Below, piece after piece: positions 26,305 to 35,149 of a stretch of 45,533 nucleotides of DNA (position 1 is its first letter; each line of letters opens with the position of its first letter). Below the pieces are notes generated by a model that was not told where the DNA came from, ran no database searches, and saw only the letters and a program-made list of their open reading frames with translations. Position numbers and translations under genes: made by a program. The stretch is taken from IMG/VR virus record IMGVR_UViG_3300048997_000046, positions 1 through 45,533 of that record; one strand, 5' to 3'. Origin of the DNA: a virus.

Positions 26305-26832
26305 CTATTCCGCGTAAGCCAGCCGGCAACCGATCTTCCCACCCGTGGTGATGTCGGTTGTGTGGACCGTAAACACCACGTCGAACCAGCCGCCGGGGTC
26401 TACCGAAAGACCTGCCGCCTGCCAGATCGGCTGCACGCGCTTCTCCAGCGTGTAGGTGCCACTTTCGTTGACGATTTCGGTCTGGTTGACCGCAGAGGCG
26501 CCATCGACATCGGTTGCGAAGAAGTCGGCGTCCAGCACCGTTCCCTGAAGGGCAGGCTTCGTGCCGTCCACTGTGGAATCCGAATAGTTCAGACCCACAT
26601 TGAACTTGCCGGCTCCGAGCCCAGGCGTTTCCCACTTGAGGGATTTCACCTTCACATTGGAGCGGATGCGGACGAGCGCATACGTCGAGCCTGCGGCCAT
26701 CGAGCCGGAGCACGTCAGATAGCCGTCGATTTCGTTCAGCCGGTAATTGCCGCCTTCGCCGGCCGTGTCACGCGTGACCGGAATGGCATCGAGATCGGTG
26801 ATGCCGGGCGACTTGAGAGATTCCGTGGTCAT
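26305..26832 (-). CDS. Virion module protein, 175 aa (possible capsid accessory)
   Basis: ORF directly downstream of the major capsid gene. Confidence 0.55.
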   Translation of the reverse strand: MTTESLKSPGITDLDAIPVTRDTAGEGGNYRLNEIDGYLTCSGSMAAGSTYALVRIRSNVKVKSLKWETPGLGAGKFNVGLNYSDSTVDGTKPALQGTVLDADFFATDVDGASAVNQTEIVNESGTYTLEKRVQPIWQAAGLSVDPGGWFDVVFTVHTTDITTGGKIGCRLAYAE

Positions 26833-26846
26833 GGTTCACATGCTCC

Positions 26847-27788
26847 TTACGGGTTGATCGGGCCGCCGGTCGTATCGGCGCAAAGGATTTGAACGACCTT
26901 GCCGGGCTGCGTTCGGGTTGCGCCGAAGGTGTGCACGGTGGAGATGTCCCACGGATTTCCAGACAGGTCGGGGCGCTGGAAAATCTGTGTCTTGAGATCG
27001 ATCCAGATGCCGAGATGCAACCCGGACTTCACAAAGGCGATGATGCCGCGGGTAGTGTTCGCGGTCGTTTCCGGCACACGCTCCATCACCACGACATTGA
27101 AGCCGACGAAGCGAGTCACCTTGCCATCTACCAGCACGGCGTTCTTCGCGACCGTCTCGTTGTAGTCTCGGCTAGTGACCTGCACCTGATTGAGCAGATC
27201 GGATTCCTGTTTCGAACCGATCACGACGGTGGCCGGATCGTTTTCGAGGTCGTTTTCGTAGTGGCGCAAAATGCGCTTGGCTTCGATCATCTTGGCGACG
27301 GTCAAGCCGGTCGAGGCAGATGCGCCAAAGTTTGCGGCGATCTGAAACTTCGAGGTGTCGAAGTTCTCGGTGGTCAGCCCACCCGCATCGGCGCCGATCT
27401 GCGCATTGCCGGCGGCACAGCTCAGAATTGCGTCGTCCCAATCGCGACCGGCGGCATTGGCGGCATTGTCCGTCGCCTTGCCCTTCGGGTCATCGATTGC
27501 GGTGCGGACCTGATCGAAATTGTCGAAATACTGATCGATTTCACGATCCTGCGGAAACACCCAGCGACGGGTGAAGTCCTGCGGCGTGTTCGACTTTGGA
27601 GCGAAGCGCCCGTTCGGGGCCTTCGACTGCACAGCACCCATCTGCTGCATGGGTGAAGCCTGCTTGCCGACGTAGCCGACATATTCGTCTACGAGGCCGC
27701 GGAGCTTCGAACCCTTCTGCTGCAGCTTGAGATCGAGCCGTGAAGAAAACTTGGTTGTATAGACTGGAATGAGGCCCTGGTCGGACAT
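26847..27788 (-). CDS. Major capsid protein (T7 gp10-like)
   Basis: 313 aa after the scaffold gene. RFVGFNVVVMERVP and AFVKSGLHLGIW segments parallel T7 gp10 (MGFEVVEVPHL, GLFMHRSAVGTV). Confidence 0.75.
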   Translation of the reverse strand: MSDQGLIPVYTTKFSSRLDLKLQQKGSKLRGLVDEYVGYVGKQASPMQQMGAVQSKAPNGRFAPKSNTPQDFTRRWVFPQDREIDQYFDNFDQVRTAIDDPKGKATDNAANAAGRDWDDAILSCAAGNAQIGADAGGLTTENFDTSKFQIAANFGASASTGLTVAKMIEAKRILRHYENDLENDPATVVIGSKQESDLLNQVQVTSRDYNETVAKNAVLVDGKVTRFVGFNVVVMERVPETTANTTRGIIAFVKSGLHLGIWIDLKTQIFQRPDLSGNPWDISTVHTFGATRTQPGKVVQILCADTTGGPINP

Positions 27789-27922
27789 CGATGTCTCCGT
27801 TGGTCAAAACCACTGATCGACTCGTGGCCTTGTCCGAACGGGGGCCGGATACCCTCGCGGCCTGTTGCTTGTGCGAGAGCGTGCGGAGAATTACGGCGTG
27901 GAATGAGGCGTGCAACGCACCG

Positions 27923-28153
27923 TCATTTTGCGCTGGTCACGCGCTTGTAGTGCGCGGCATACATGGTATCGAGTTCGTCCTGCCCGCCGTCCGGCATCGA
28001 AGACATCCCCAGCGCCTTCATCTTTGCCATGTTGGCTTCACGCGGTGACATATCGACGGCGCGAGGATCATAGGTGGACTTACCGCTTCCACTGTCGCCG
28101 GAGGGCGCTTTGCCGCGAAGCGCCGACGCGATCTTGTCTAGCGGGCCTGCCAT
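27923..28153 (-). CDS. Hypothetical head-module protein, 76 aa
   Basis: ATG 28153 preceded by AAGGAA. Internal start of ORF 27923..28222. Confidence 0.5.
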   Translation of the reverse strand: MAGPLDKIASALRGKAPSGDSGSGKSTYDPRAVDMSPREANMAKMKALGMSSMPDGGQDELDTMYAAHYKRVTSAK

Positions 28154-28154
28154 G

Positions 28155-28340
28155 TCACGATTCCTTCTTGCGTGCGTGCTGCGCCAGTTTGCCGATCTTG
28201 CGGCTGGCATCCGCAGAGACAAATTCCTTCGCCACGGATTCCGGCGGGGGCTTGTGGCCTTCCGACTTCAGTTTCGCGCGGCCTTTGGTCGATGCAGCCA
28301 TATGCATGTAGCGATTTTGCGCTTGGCTCACGCTGGGCAT
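28155..28340 (-). CDS. DUF3008-like small basic protein, 61 aa (MPSVSQAQNRYMHMAAS...)
   Basis: ATG 28340 shares a base with the scaffold stop (TGATG). The N-terminal motif is typical of this family. Confidence 0.5.
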   Translation of the reverse strand: MPSVSQAQNRYMHMAASTKGRAKLKSEGHKPPPESVAKEFVSADASRKIGKLAQHARKKES

Positions 28341-29182
28341 CAGACACCGGCCCGGATACGATTGAGCGCATCCAATTCGGCAACCGCCTTGGTATCGCCA
28401 GCGTTCACCTTTGAGACCCAGCCGGTATCGGCTTTCAGTTCCTGAAAGCGGGCTTCGGCCTGTTCGCGATTCATTACGCCAGGAACTTCGCGGTTCTGAG
28501 GAGAGACGAATTTGTCTTCGCCCATCATCTGGCCAATCTTGAGCAGTGCATTCGCTACTTTGGTTCGTCCTTCGGCGCCCACCAGCGTTTGCAGGATGTC
28601 CTTGTCGAGGCCGAGCTTTTCCGCCGCCTGATTGGCGATGAAGGTGTTGGCCTCCATATGATGGCCCCAACTCTTGCGAAGCGTGTCCGCATCCTCTGCG
28701 GCCTTTGCCTGCGAAACGGTCGCCGAGTTCTTGTCCGCATCGTCGATGAATTTCACGATGGCGCGGGCGATGTTCGGCGCCGCGTCTTTTGGCACACCCT
28801 CGGAATGGAAAGCGCTGCCGATAGAGGAAACAAAATCTTCATCTAGCGCGGTTCCATCCGAGAACTTCACGCCCGAAAAATCATAACCCTTGGCATCTTC
28901 CGGCACGCCGATTCGCGTGCGGAACGCCTTCACGCCTTCTGCATCAGTGGCGTCCTTCGGCAGCCGAACGAGCTGGTCTTTCGGAATGCCGACGAACTTC
29001 TCGGCCTCGCGAAACGATTTCAGCGCCTCGCGGGCGGCTTCGGCCGGCGACTTTGCATCCCAGCCGTGATTCTTGAATGCACCCTGCGTTTCCGCATCGA
29101 AGGTCGCGAACGCCGGGTCTGCGGCGAGCGTACCGGCGGGCGGCGCAGACTGTTGCTGCTGCTGTTGTCCTTGGTCACTCAT
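28340..29182 (-). CDS. Scaffolding protein
   Basis: 280 aa, acidic/helical with a poly-Q N-terminus, located between portal and capsid. Confidence 0.65.
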   Translation of the reverse strand: MSDQGQQQQQQSAPPAGTLAADPAFATFDAETQGAFKNHGWDAKSPAEAAREALKSFREAEKFVGIPKDQLVRLPKDATDAEGVKAFRTRIGVPEDAKGYDFSGVKFSDGTALDEDFVSSIGSAFHSEGVPKDAAPNIARAIVKFIDDADKNSATVSQAKAAEDADTLRKSWGHHMEANTFIANQAAEKLGLDKDILQTLVGAEGRTKVANALLKIGQMMGEDKFVSPQNREVPGVMNREQAEARFQELKADTGWVSKVNAGDTKAVAELDALNRIRAGV

Positions 29183-29433
29183 GGATGGTCCTTTTCTGCT
29201 GCAATGAGGTACATTTGTTCCGGCGTCAGATGAATCGCGCGTTCAATGCGAAGCCATACCTGTCGCCTGCCCTCGCGGATCGCCATTTTCTGAGGGCTTT
29301 CATCCACTGCGGTCGTGCGAGACGCGCAGCAAAATTCATGAAGATCGGCCAGCACGTTCTTTCCGGCCGGCGAGCCGAAACAGAACTGGAAATTCCGCCT
29401 GCGGCGCTGGAAAAAGTCCAGAATCTCTTTCAT
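29179..29433 (-). CDS. Small conserved head-module protein, 84 aa (possibly Bbp19-like)
   Basis: ATGA coupling to both portal and scaffold. FGSPAGKNVLADL...REGRRQVWLRI pattern. Confidence 0.5.
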   Translation of the reverse strand: MKEILDFFQRRRRNFQFCFGSPAGKNVLADLHEFCCASRTTAVDESPQKMAIREGRRQVWLRIERAIHLTPEQMYLIAAEKDHP

Positions 29434-31148
29434 GCGGCCTGTGCTTGCGGTTGACCGATCTGCCCGCCTGCCTTCTTCACGGCGGCTTGGGCCTTAATTA
29501 TCGCGGCCTGCGCGGGAAGTGCTTGCACCTGCTGTTCGGCCTGTTTGGCCTGCGCGCGTTGCTGGCGAACCTGTGCAATTGCATCTGCCGAACGCATCCA
29601 GCTTTCCGGCACGTCCTGAATGCGCGCGATTTCCGGAATCGCCACATCGAAGTCGAAGGGATCGAGCACGGACGGATCTTGCATCTGACCGGCGACTTCC
29701 AGTGCCGTTTCCACCGTGCGCAGGAAACCAGATGCTTCACCGGCTCGCGCCGCCTTGAATAGCGGCGAGGTATAGACGACCTTGTATTCGCCCTTGGCCT
29801 CGCGAAGGACCGGCGGCATCGGGTCCAGCAACTTCAACCGCACCGCAAGATCAATCTCGCGGTCGATCATTGGCTCCAGATAATCGGATGCCATACCACC
29901 AACCAGCGGTGCGAGAAATACGCCCTTCTGGTTGATAAGCTCGATGACCTGCGTGGCGGTCATGTTCGGGTTTTCAACAAGGGTCTGGAAGATGGTGGTA
30001 AACGACACCTCGCCAATGAGGGCGCGTTCCTCATCCATCATTTCCTTGGTGATCTGGATTTTTCCCATCTCCAGCGGGATCACGAGCGGCTTGCCGTCAG
30101 CGCTCACGCCGCCCTTCATTTCGGAGCCGGGAATGAGCGTAAAGTCGGAAATGCCGTCGTCCGGCGTCAGAAGAATTGGATCAGCGGAACGATGTCCCGA
30201 CTTGAGGAAGGTTGCCTTCTCCGCGTTAAGGGTCTTGAGCGCCGGCAGCACATCCATCATTGGGCCGCGGCCGTAGATTTCGTTTGGGCCCTGCGCATAG
30301 CGGGCGAACGGCAGCGGGAAGCTGTAATATCCCGCATCGGGATCGTTCATCAGCCGGCGGCCGGTACACGAAACGTAGTGCGAGCAGAATGGCTTCGAAC
30401 CGCGCCCCAGCTTCTCCGCAGGGTCGTATTCACCATTCGGATAGACGCAGTGGAAGAAATCGAAAAGCTGTTCACTGTCCTTGTCCTGCGCGTCATCCAG
30501 CGCATCGGGCAACATATCGTGGCCCCACTTCTGCATCGCCTGCCGCGCTGTCATGCGGTAGGGGCGCACGAACGCGTCCACCTGGCCTTGATGATTGGTT
30601 CGAATGTAGACTTCGCCTAGCGGCAGAGCAGCGTAGCGGAAGCCGCGAACGGGATTACCGTGCATGTCGTATAATTGATCGACAAACATGGGGCCGTTGC
30701 CGAAAGCGCCAACCTGGTAGAAAATGCTCTGGTTCTGCTTGCGGAAATTCGCAGCCGACATATAGCGGGTTCGGAAGAGAACGTTCGAAGCCTTCTCCAT
30801 CCAAAGCCGGACCTGCCGATTTTTCTGCACATACGGCTCGGAGGCTTCTAGGTTGTGCCACTTCGATGAAAACGGCGTCAGCATGGAGTCGCAGATGGCC
30901 GCGAACTTCATCAGCGCGACCATGCCGGTGGCATCGATCTGCTTGTCCGTCTTTTTCGTGCCGGGAAAATTGTAGCTTTCGCGATAGAAGGTGTTGCGCA
31001 TACTTGGATAGACGAGTTGCGCCACTTCCTCCCATTGGCCTGCGAAATTCACCCGGTAGAGGTTAGACTGCACATGAATGCGGTACACAGAGTCTACGAT
31101 TTCGACTTCGCGTTGTGTCGGCTCCGGCCGCGCTGCGATCTGTCGCAT
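29430..31148 (-). CDS. Portal (head-tail connector) protein, podovirus type
   Basis: 572 aa immediately after TerL and a small ORF. YGRGPMMDVLPALKTLN resembles the T7 gp8 SYGRSYIEEYLGDLRSLE region. Confidence 0.8.
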   Translation of the reverse strand: MRQIAARPEPTQREVEIVDSVYRIHVQSNLYRVNFAGQWEEVAQLVYPSMRNTFYRESYNFPGTKKTDKQIDATGMVALMKFAAICDSMLTPFSSKWHNLEASEPYVQKNRQVRLWMEKASNVLFRTRYMSAANFRKQNQSIFYQVGAFGNGPMFVDQLYDMHGNPVRGFRYAALPLGEVYIRTNHQGQVDAFVRPYRMTARQAMQKWGHDMLPDALDDAQDKDSEQLFDFFHCVYPNGEYDPAEKLGRGSKPFCSHYVSCTGRRLMNDPDAGYYSFPLPFARYAQGPNEIYGRGPMMDVLPALKTLNAEKATFLKSGHRSADPILLTPDDGISDFTLIPGSEMKGGVSADGKPLVIPLEMGKIQITKEMMDEERALIGEVSFTTIFQTLVENPNMTATQVIELINQKGVFLAPLVGGMASDYLEPMIDREIDLAVRLKLLDPMPPVLREAKGEYKVVYTSPLFKAARAGEASGFLRTVETALEVAGQMQDPSVLDPFDFDVAIPEIARIQDVPESWMRSADAIAQVRQQRAQAKQAEQQVQALPAQAAIIKAQAAVKKAGGQIGQPQAQAA

Positions 31149-31351
31149 CAGGCTCTCGGCGTGCCTGCGGAATTGAGCCGGTTGCCGAACATCGTACTCA
31201 TGGCGCTCTGGAAATCGCTGGATTGGCCGGCCGCCATCAGCTTCTTTTTACGCTGAAGCTGCTCTTCCTCGCTCAGTTGCGAGAGTGTGCTATCGACAGG
31301 GTTTGTTCCGCCGAAGATGGTCTGAATTCCGGTGAGGTTTTGCGCAGCCAT
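31148..31351 (-). CDS. Hypothetical protein, 67 aa
   Basis: ATG 31351 inside ORF 31148..31360. TGATG coupling to the portal start. Confidence 0.45.
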   Translation of the reverse strand: MAAQNLTGIQTIFGGTNPVDSTLSQLSEEEQLQRKKKLMAAGQSSDFQSAMSTMFGNRLNSAGTPRA

Positions 31352-31397
31352 GCGCCGCACCGTTCAGGCAAGCGCGTTTCAGGTGCAACGCACCCGC

Positions 31398-32882
31398 TCA
31401 GATGCCCCAGTGCTCGCCTTCCACGCCCTGCGCAATCCGCACAGGTGCGTTTGAGGTAGAGCTATAGCCCCTCGCACCGCTCACCCTGGCAAACCGCTTT
31501 GCCATGACGCCGATGCGGGAAGCGGACATGAGGTCGTCCTGCAGCTTCACGATCATGCCGTCCTTGCGGTGGTAAATCCGGAATTCCTCCCACCAGTCCT
31601 TCAAATGCCGCGCGACTTTGAACCGCCCCGTCGTCATGCGGTCGTACATCTCCTGCACGCCCGCTTCGGTGGAGATCGAGCCATCCGGCCACGTCGCGTG
31701 GCCCGGCAGCATCTTCAATCCCTCTTCTTTGTAGAAGCGGGCGAGAGGTGTTCCTGAACCAGCATCGCGATTGGTGCCATCTCGCGGCCACGCCACCGGA
31801 ATATCCGTGCCGTAGCCCTTCATGGCCTTGGCGTGGTCTATCGGCCGCGCATCGCGCATTCGAAAGCCGTGGAGGATATGCAGGCAGTCGGCGTCCTTGT
31901 CCCACGCATACAGCACGGCAGCGAACGGATGCCCGATGCCAAAGTCTATCGCCCAAAGCTTCGGCCAGTAGCCGGGAGGGCTGAACGCATCCTCTGCAAT
32001 CGCTTCCTCCGGAACGGGGAATATCCGGCCGGAGCCAAGCATGGGCACGCCCCGGGACCGCGCTTCGCGTTCATGGGCAGGATAGCCAGCAATGATGCGC
32101 TGGCGCTCCGCCGCGCCACCCGGGAAGTGGGTATCGGGAACATCGTCAATGGTCATCGTGACCATGCCGCGGTCATCGCTGGGCTCGTTCATAAAGCGGC
32201 CAACGACCGCACTCATGCCTTTCATTGGCGTGAGCGTCAGAAACCCGAAACCACCGGTGGCCGTGATGCGCGTTAGCATCTCTCCGTAAATGTCCATCGG
32301 CGGTTCTTCGTCGCCCCAAAACCAATCCAGCGTCTCACCCTGGAACTTGGTCCGCCCCTGCTCATAGGATTTGAAGCGTGCGACCGAGATTCCGCCCGAC
32401 ACATGGCGGACCTGAATGGTGTCGTAGGCATCGGTAATGCCGCGAGCGAGAGAGGGCTTGTCGGTAAAGCATTCCTTCGGGATCATGCCAGTGCCGAAGG
32501 CGGATTCCACCCCGGGTTCACCACAGAGCTTCTTTTGCTGCACGTCCCGGGCCAGCGATGACGTTTCGCCAACGACCCAGCCGCGATTCGGTTTATCCAG
32601 TTTGCGCCCCTGCCAGTTTGGCGGGTACATCCCGGTCATGTGGCAGGCGACCGTGAAAGCACCGGTTTCCGTTTTTCCCAATTGATTGCCGGCGAGAAAC
32701 AGCGTCTCGCGCATTTTGGCAGTGAGGGCGATGAATTCTTGTTGCTTGGGATAGGGTTCGAAGAAATCGAGGACGCGGAATTTCCGGCGCCGCTCTATCT
32801 CCTTCAGGATTTTGCGAAGCTCGCGTTCCTTGGCCGGGTCCATTTCCGGCTTAGAGGAAGCGTCAGCTTTTTTGGGTGGCAT
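31398..32882 (-). CDS. terL: Terminase large subunit
   Basis: Walker A LAGNQLGKTETG. 494 aa, upstream of the portal. Confidence 0.85.
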   Translation of the reverse strand: MPPKKADASSKPEMDPAKERELRKILKEIERRRKFRVLDFFEPYPKQQEFIALTAKMRETLFLAGNQLGKTETGAFTVACHMTGMYPPNWQGRKLDKPNRGWVVGETSSLARDVQQKKLCGEPGVESAFGTGMIPKECFTDKPSLARGITDAYDTIQVRHVSGGISVARFKSYEQGRTKFQGETLDWFWGDEEPPMDIYGEMLTRITATGGFGFLTLTPMKGMSAVVGRFMNEPSDDRGMVTMTIDDVPDTHFPGGAAERQRIIAGYPAHEREARSRGVPMLGSGRIFPVPEEAIAEDAFSPPGYWPKLWAIDFGIGHPFAAVLYAWDKDADCLHILHGFRMRDARPIDHAKAMKGYGTDIPVAWPRDGTNRDAGSGTPLARFYKEEGLKMLPGHATWPDGSISTEAGVQEMYDRMTTGRFKVARHLKDWWEEFRIYHRKDGMIVKLQDDLMSASRIGVMAKRFARVSGARGYSSTSNAPVRIAQGVEGEHWGI

Positions 32883-33164
32883 CTAGAAACCGGTCTGCCA
32901 GTCGCCGCAGTTCGGGCAGTAGTAACCGGCGCTGGTGACGTGGAAGAGAGAATTTCCGCAGTTGCAGTGCCAGTGCGGCCTCTTTTCATAGAGGCACTTA
33001 AACCGCATCAAGCCCTTTTCGGCTTTGCAATTCGGGCATTCCAGCCAGACCGCCCCGGCGGGCGCAACGCTCACCCAAACGTGCAGGCAAGCAAGACAGT
33101 GTGCCTCGCCGGTAATGTGAGGCACCTCCGGTTCTTTCGGCTTGAACGCCAGAACCTCAGCCAT
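32883..33164 (-). CDS. Zinc-ribbon protein, 93 aa, with four CxxC-type pairs
   Basis: CLAC, CPNC, CNC and CPNC motifs. Wedged between TerS (8-nt overlap) and TerL (abutting). Confidence 0.6.
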   Translation of the reverse strand: MAEVLAFKPKEPEVPHITGEAHCLACLHVWVSVAPAGAVWLECPNCKAEKGLMRFKCLYEKRPHWHCNCGNSLFHVTSAGYYCPNCGDWQTGF

Positions 33165-33651
33165 CGGCGCTCACCACCTCGCCCTCTATCACCGGCAAGG
33201 ATGGAACCGCCATCGGTCCCATCAACTGCTTCACCGCGGCCAGCAAATCCGCCGTGCTGCGGTTGTCCTCATGCTGAACCCGAATGTCCTGCGTGGTCTT
33301 CCGCCCATACCCGGTCCGGTCGAGCACACTGTCGATTGCCGACGCCTTCACCTTGACGTCAGTGCTGCGGATCAGGTCTTCCATCTCGAGGATCGCCACA
33401 ACCGCCAGCCCATCCAGCCGCCTGTCCGCTTCCTCCCGCAGAGCCGCCAATATCCCGGGATGCCGCAGGAACTCGCAGGCCGTAATCCGAGCCCGGTCCT
33501 CTGAATACCCCGCAGCCCGCGCCACACGCGCCGCATTGACCCCGCGCACCCCAACCCAGCCAACGACGAACTTCCGCTGCATCGGGTTCAGAGCCAACAT
33601 GCACGGCCCCAAATTATCGACAGGAACCTCGGCAATCGGCTCGTCTTCCAT
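33157..33651 (-). CDS. terS: Terminase small subunit
   Basis: The N-terminal HTH-like NPMQRKFVVGWVG..NAARVARAAGYS is typical of TerS. Located just upstream of TerL. Confidence 0.7.
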   Translation of the reverse strand: MEDEPIAEVPVDNLGPCMLALNPMQRKFVVGWVGVRGVNAARVARAAGYSEDRARITACEFLRHPGILAALREEADRRLDGLAVVAILEMEDLIRSTDVKVKASAIDSVLDRTGYGRKTTQDIRVQHEDNRSTADLLAAVKQLMGPMAVPSLPVIEGEVVSADG

Positions 33652-33876
33652 GCCGGAATTGTTACGCGGCTAATCCACCACACCCCAACGCACCCGCGGG
33701 CCCGTAACATGCCGTCGTAAGGAAACCCCCCGGTCTTTTTCAGAACCGAACGCGAAAGAGTGACGAGACGTGCCTCTACACACAAGCCTTTGGTTTTCGG
33801 CCCCCACGCCGGCCTGCCCCCGGTCTATTTGGTCGATGCCTGGCACCCATTTGCGTCTGCCATTCAGGCTCAAAGA

Positions 33877-33982
33877 TGACGCAGGCGTCACGCTGTTACG
33901 GCAGGGGGTGGATAGAACAGGTCATGTGCTGGTAATGTGGTGACCTAATACCGCACATGGATAAGCCTGACGTAGCGTCAGG
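33877..33982. promoter_or_regulatory. Two related palindromes, TGACGC-AG-GCGTCA and CCTGACG-TAG-CGTCAGG
   Basis: Read directly at 33877..33890 and 33966..33982, in the 327-bp noncoding leader before terS. Confidence 0.35.
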
Positions 33983-34148
33983 AGGTGGGATCAGGTTTGC
34001 TTGGCGGGATGGCTGCGAGCTGCGCCTTCGCCTCTGGCGTGATGAGGCCCTTTTCATCAAGGATGGCGAGCATCTTGTCGATGAAGGGTTCGAGGATGCG
34101 CTCGTGCGCGTTCATGGTCTGAGTGTAGCGCCCACAAGCGGATTTCAT
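33978..34148 (-). CDS. Small protein, 56 aa (MKSACGRYTQTMNAHERILEPFIDKML...); below the ORF-track cutoff
   Basis: Verified codon by codon. GGAGGGGG lies 7 nt upstream of the ATG. Third positions are strongly G/C, as in the other genes. Confidence 0.55.
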   Translation of the reverse strand: MKSACGRYTQTMNAHERILEPFIDKMLAILDEKGLITPEAKAQLAAIPPSKPDPTS

Positions 34149-34467
34149 CAAGCCCCCTCCGTTGGTTCCCCCTGTATATCACATTTCGAGTGCCGAAGGA
34201 TCGATGCAACGCACCTCAATCGTGACGGGGCGTCATGTTTGTTCAATACCACGCAGTATCTGGCGGAGGGCCGGAACGTCCAGCAGAAGAATACCACAAT
34301 TTGGACAACATAAAGCAGGGATCGCTGGAGGTAATCGGCCCGCTGCCGTGGCAGGGTAATCCGGGCCAGCAAGACTCACTTTATCAATGCCAGCTTCTGT
34401 CATCGTCAAATGCGCTCCCATGAATTGCTGCGGGCGGGGCGCTACTCCCGCTAGGCCGTCGCCTTTC

Positions 34468-34535
34468 AATTTGGGCCGGATTCGAACCAGCAACCTCCGC
34501 CTCAGGACGGCACTCTACCATTGAGCTACCAATGA
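34468..34535 (-). tRNA. tRNA-like element / degenerate tRNA (canonical D- and T-arms, 4-nt anticodon loop, imperfect acceptor stem)
   Basis: Minus strand: TCATTGG TA GCTC-AATGGTA-GAGT G CCGTC-CTGA-GGCGG AGGTT GCTGG-TTCGAAT-CCGGC CCAAATT. Only 4 of 7 acceptor pairs form. Confidence 0.45.
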
Positions 34536-34591
34536 CCGTGTCTGCTTTCCACGCCGCCGCAGCACGCAAACAATAGCACACAAATCAGGGC

Positions 34592-34620
34592 TTGACAGCG
34601 TGATTGCTGTTGCCTAAATT
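34592..34620 (+). promoter_or_regulatory. Near-consensus sigma70-type promoter, TTGACA-17 nt-TAAATT
   Basis: -35 at 34592..34597 and -10 at 34615..34620, about 70 nt upstream of ATG 34692. The palindrome TTGCC-N8-GGCAA (34610..34627) overlaps the -10. Confidence 0.55.
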
Positions 34621-34691
34621 GCGGCAAGTGGTGAGCTGATGTTGAAGCACCAGCCCACCTGTCACACGGCGAAAACTTGGAGGTCCACGCC

Positions 34692-34886
34692 ATGCAACAG
34701 TATCAGGATACATGCACATTCGAGGTTCAGGCAACGCCACGTTTGGCTTACCAGGATGCTCTCTTGCGGGGGAGATTGTCGTTCGATCCGCAGTCACCCA
34801 AGTGGCAAGGCCATTGGTACTATGCGGGGCAACAGGATGGCCGGCCGCAGTTCCGATCGCTCCATGATGGGGAGCTACTGCCGTGA
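34692..34886 (+). CDS. Hypothetical protein, 64 aa
   Basis: ATG 34692 lies 8 nt after GGAGG. GTGA coupling to the next gene. Confidence 0.5.
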   Translation: MQQYQDTCTFEVQATPRLAYQDALLRGRLSFDPQSPKWQGHWYYAGQQDGRPQFRSLHDGELLP

Positions 34887-35149
34887 GCCACACACCTGCT
34901 CCATGGCGATACGAGCACACCACGAAGACCGTCCGCAGCGTTCCGGCGAACTACTGGCTCGCCACGATGGATAGCTGGGATGGTGCTGTCGATCATCGGG
35001 CTAATGCCAACCTCATCGCTGCATCGCCAGATTTGCTCGCCGCTGCTCAAACACTAGTGCGGCGCATCGAGCGGGACAACCTGCACACAACGCATGGTGT
35101 CCAGCTTGAGCCTTTACGTGCTGCAATCGCCAAGGCGGAGGGCCAGTGA
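34883..35149 (+). CDS. Conserved phage protein with PAPW...ANANLIAASPDLLAAA motif (paralogue of 385..750)
   Basis: GTG start overlapping the upstream TGA. Motif shared with the first copy. Confidence 0.6.
   Translation: MSHTPAPWRYEHTTKTVRSVPANYWLATMDSWDGAVDHRANANLIAASPDLLAAAQTLVRRIERDNLHTTHGVQLEPLRAAIAKAEGQ

Noticed and set aside
33957-34313. 118-aa plus-strand ORF in the late-operon leader.
   Set aside because: It is antisense to the 56-aa minus-strand ORF, which has a strong RBS and gene-like third-position bias. The plus frame has odd composition and no RBS.
34233-34493. 86-aa minus-strand ORF (or a 56-aa version from MTEAGIDK..) between the tRNA-like element and the 56-aa gene.
   Set aside because: Third-position composition is AT-rich, unlike other genes, and there is no clear RBS. 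It partly overlaps the tRNA-like element. It could be a foreign-origin gene, but the support is not enough to call it.
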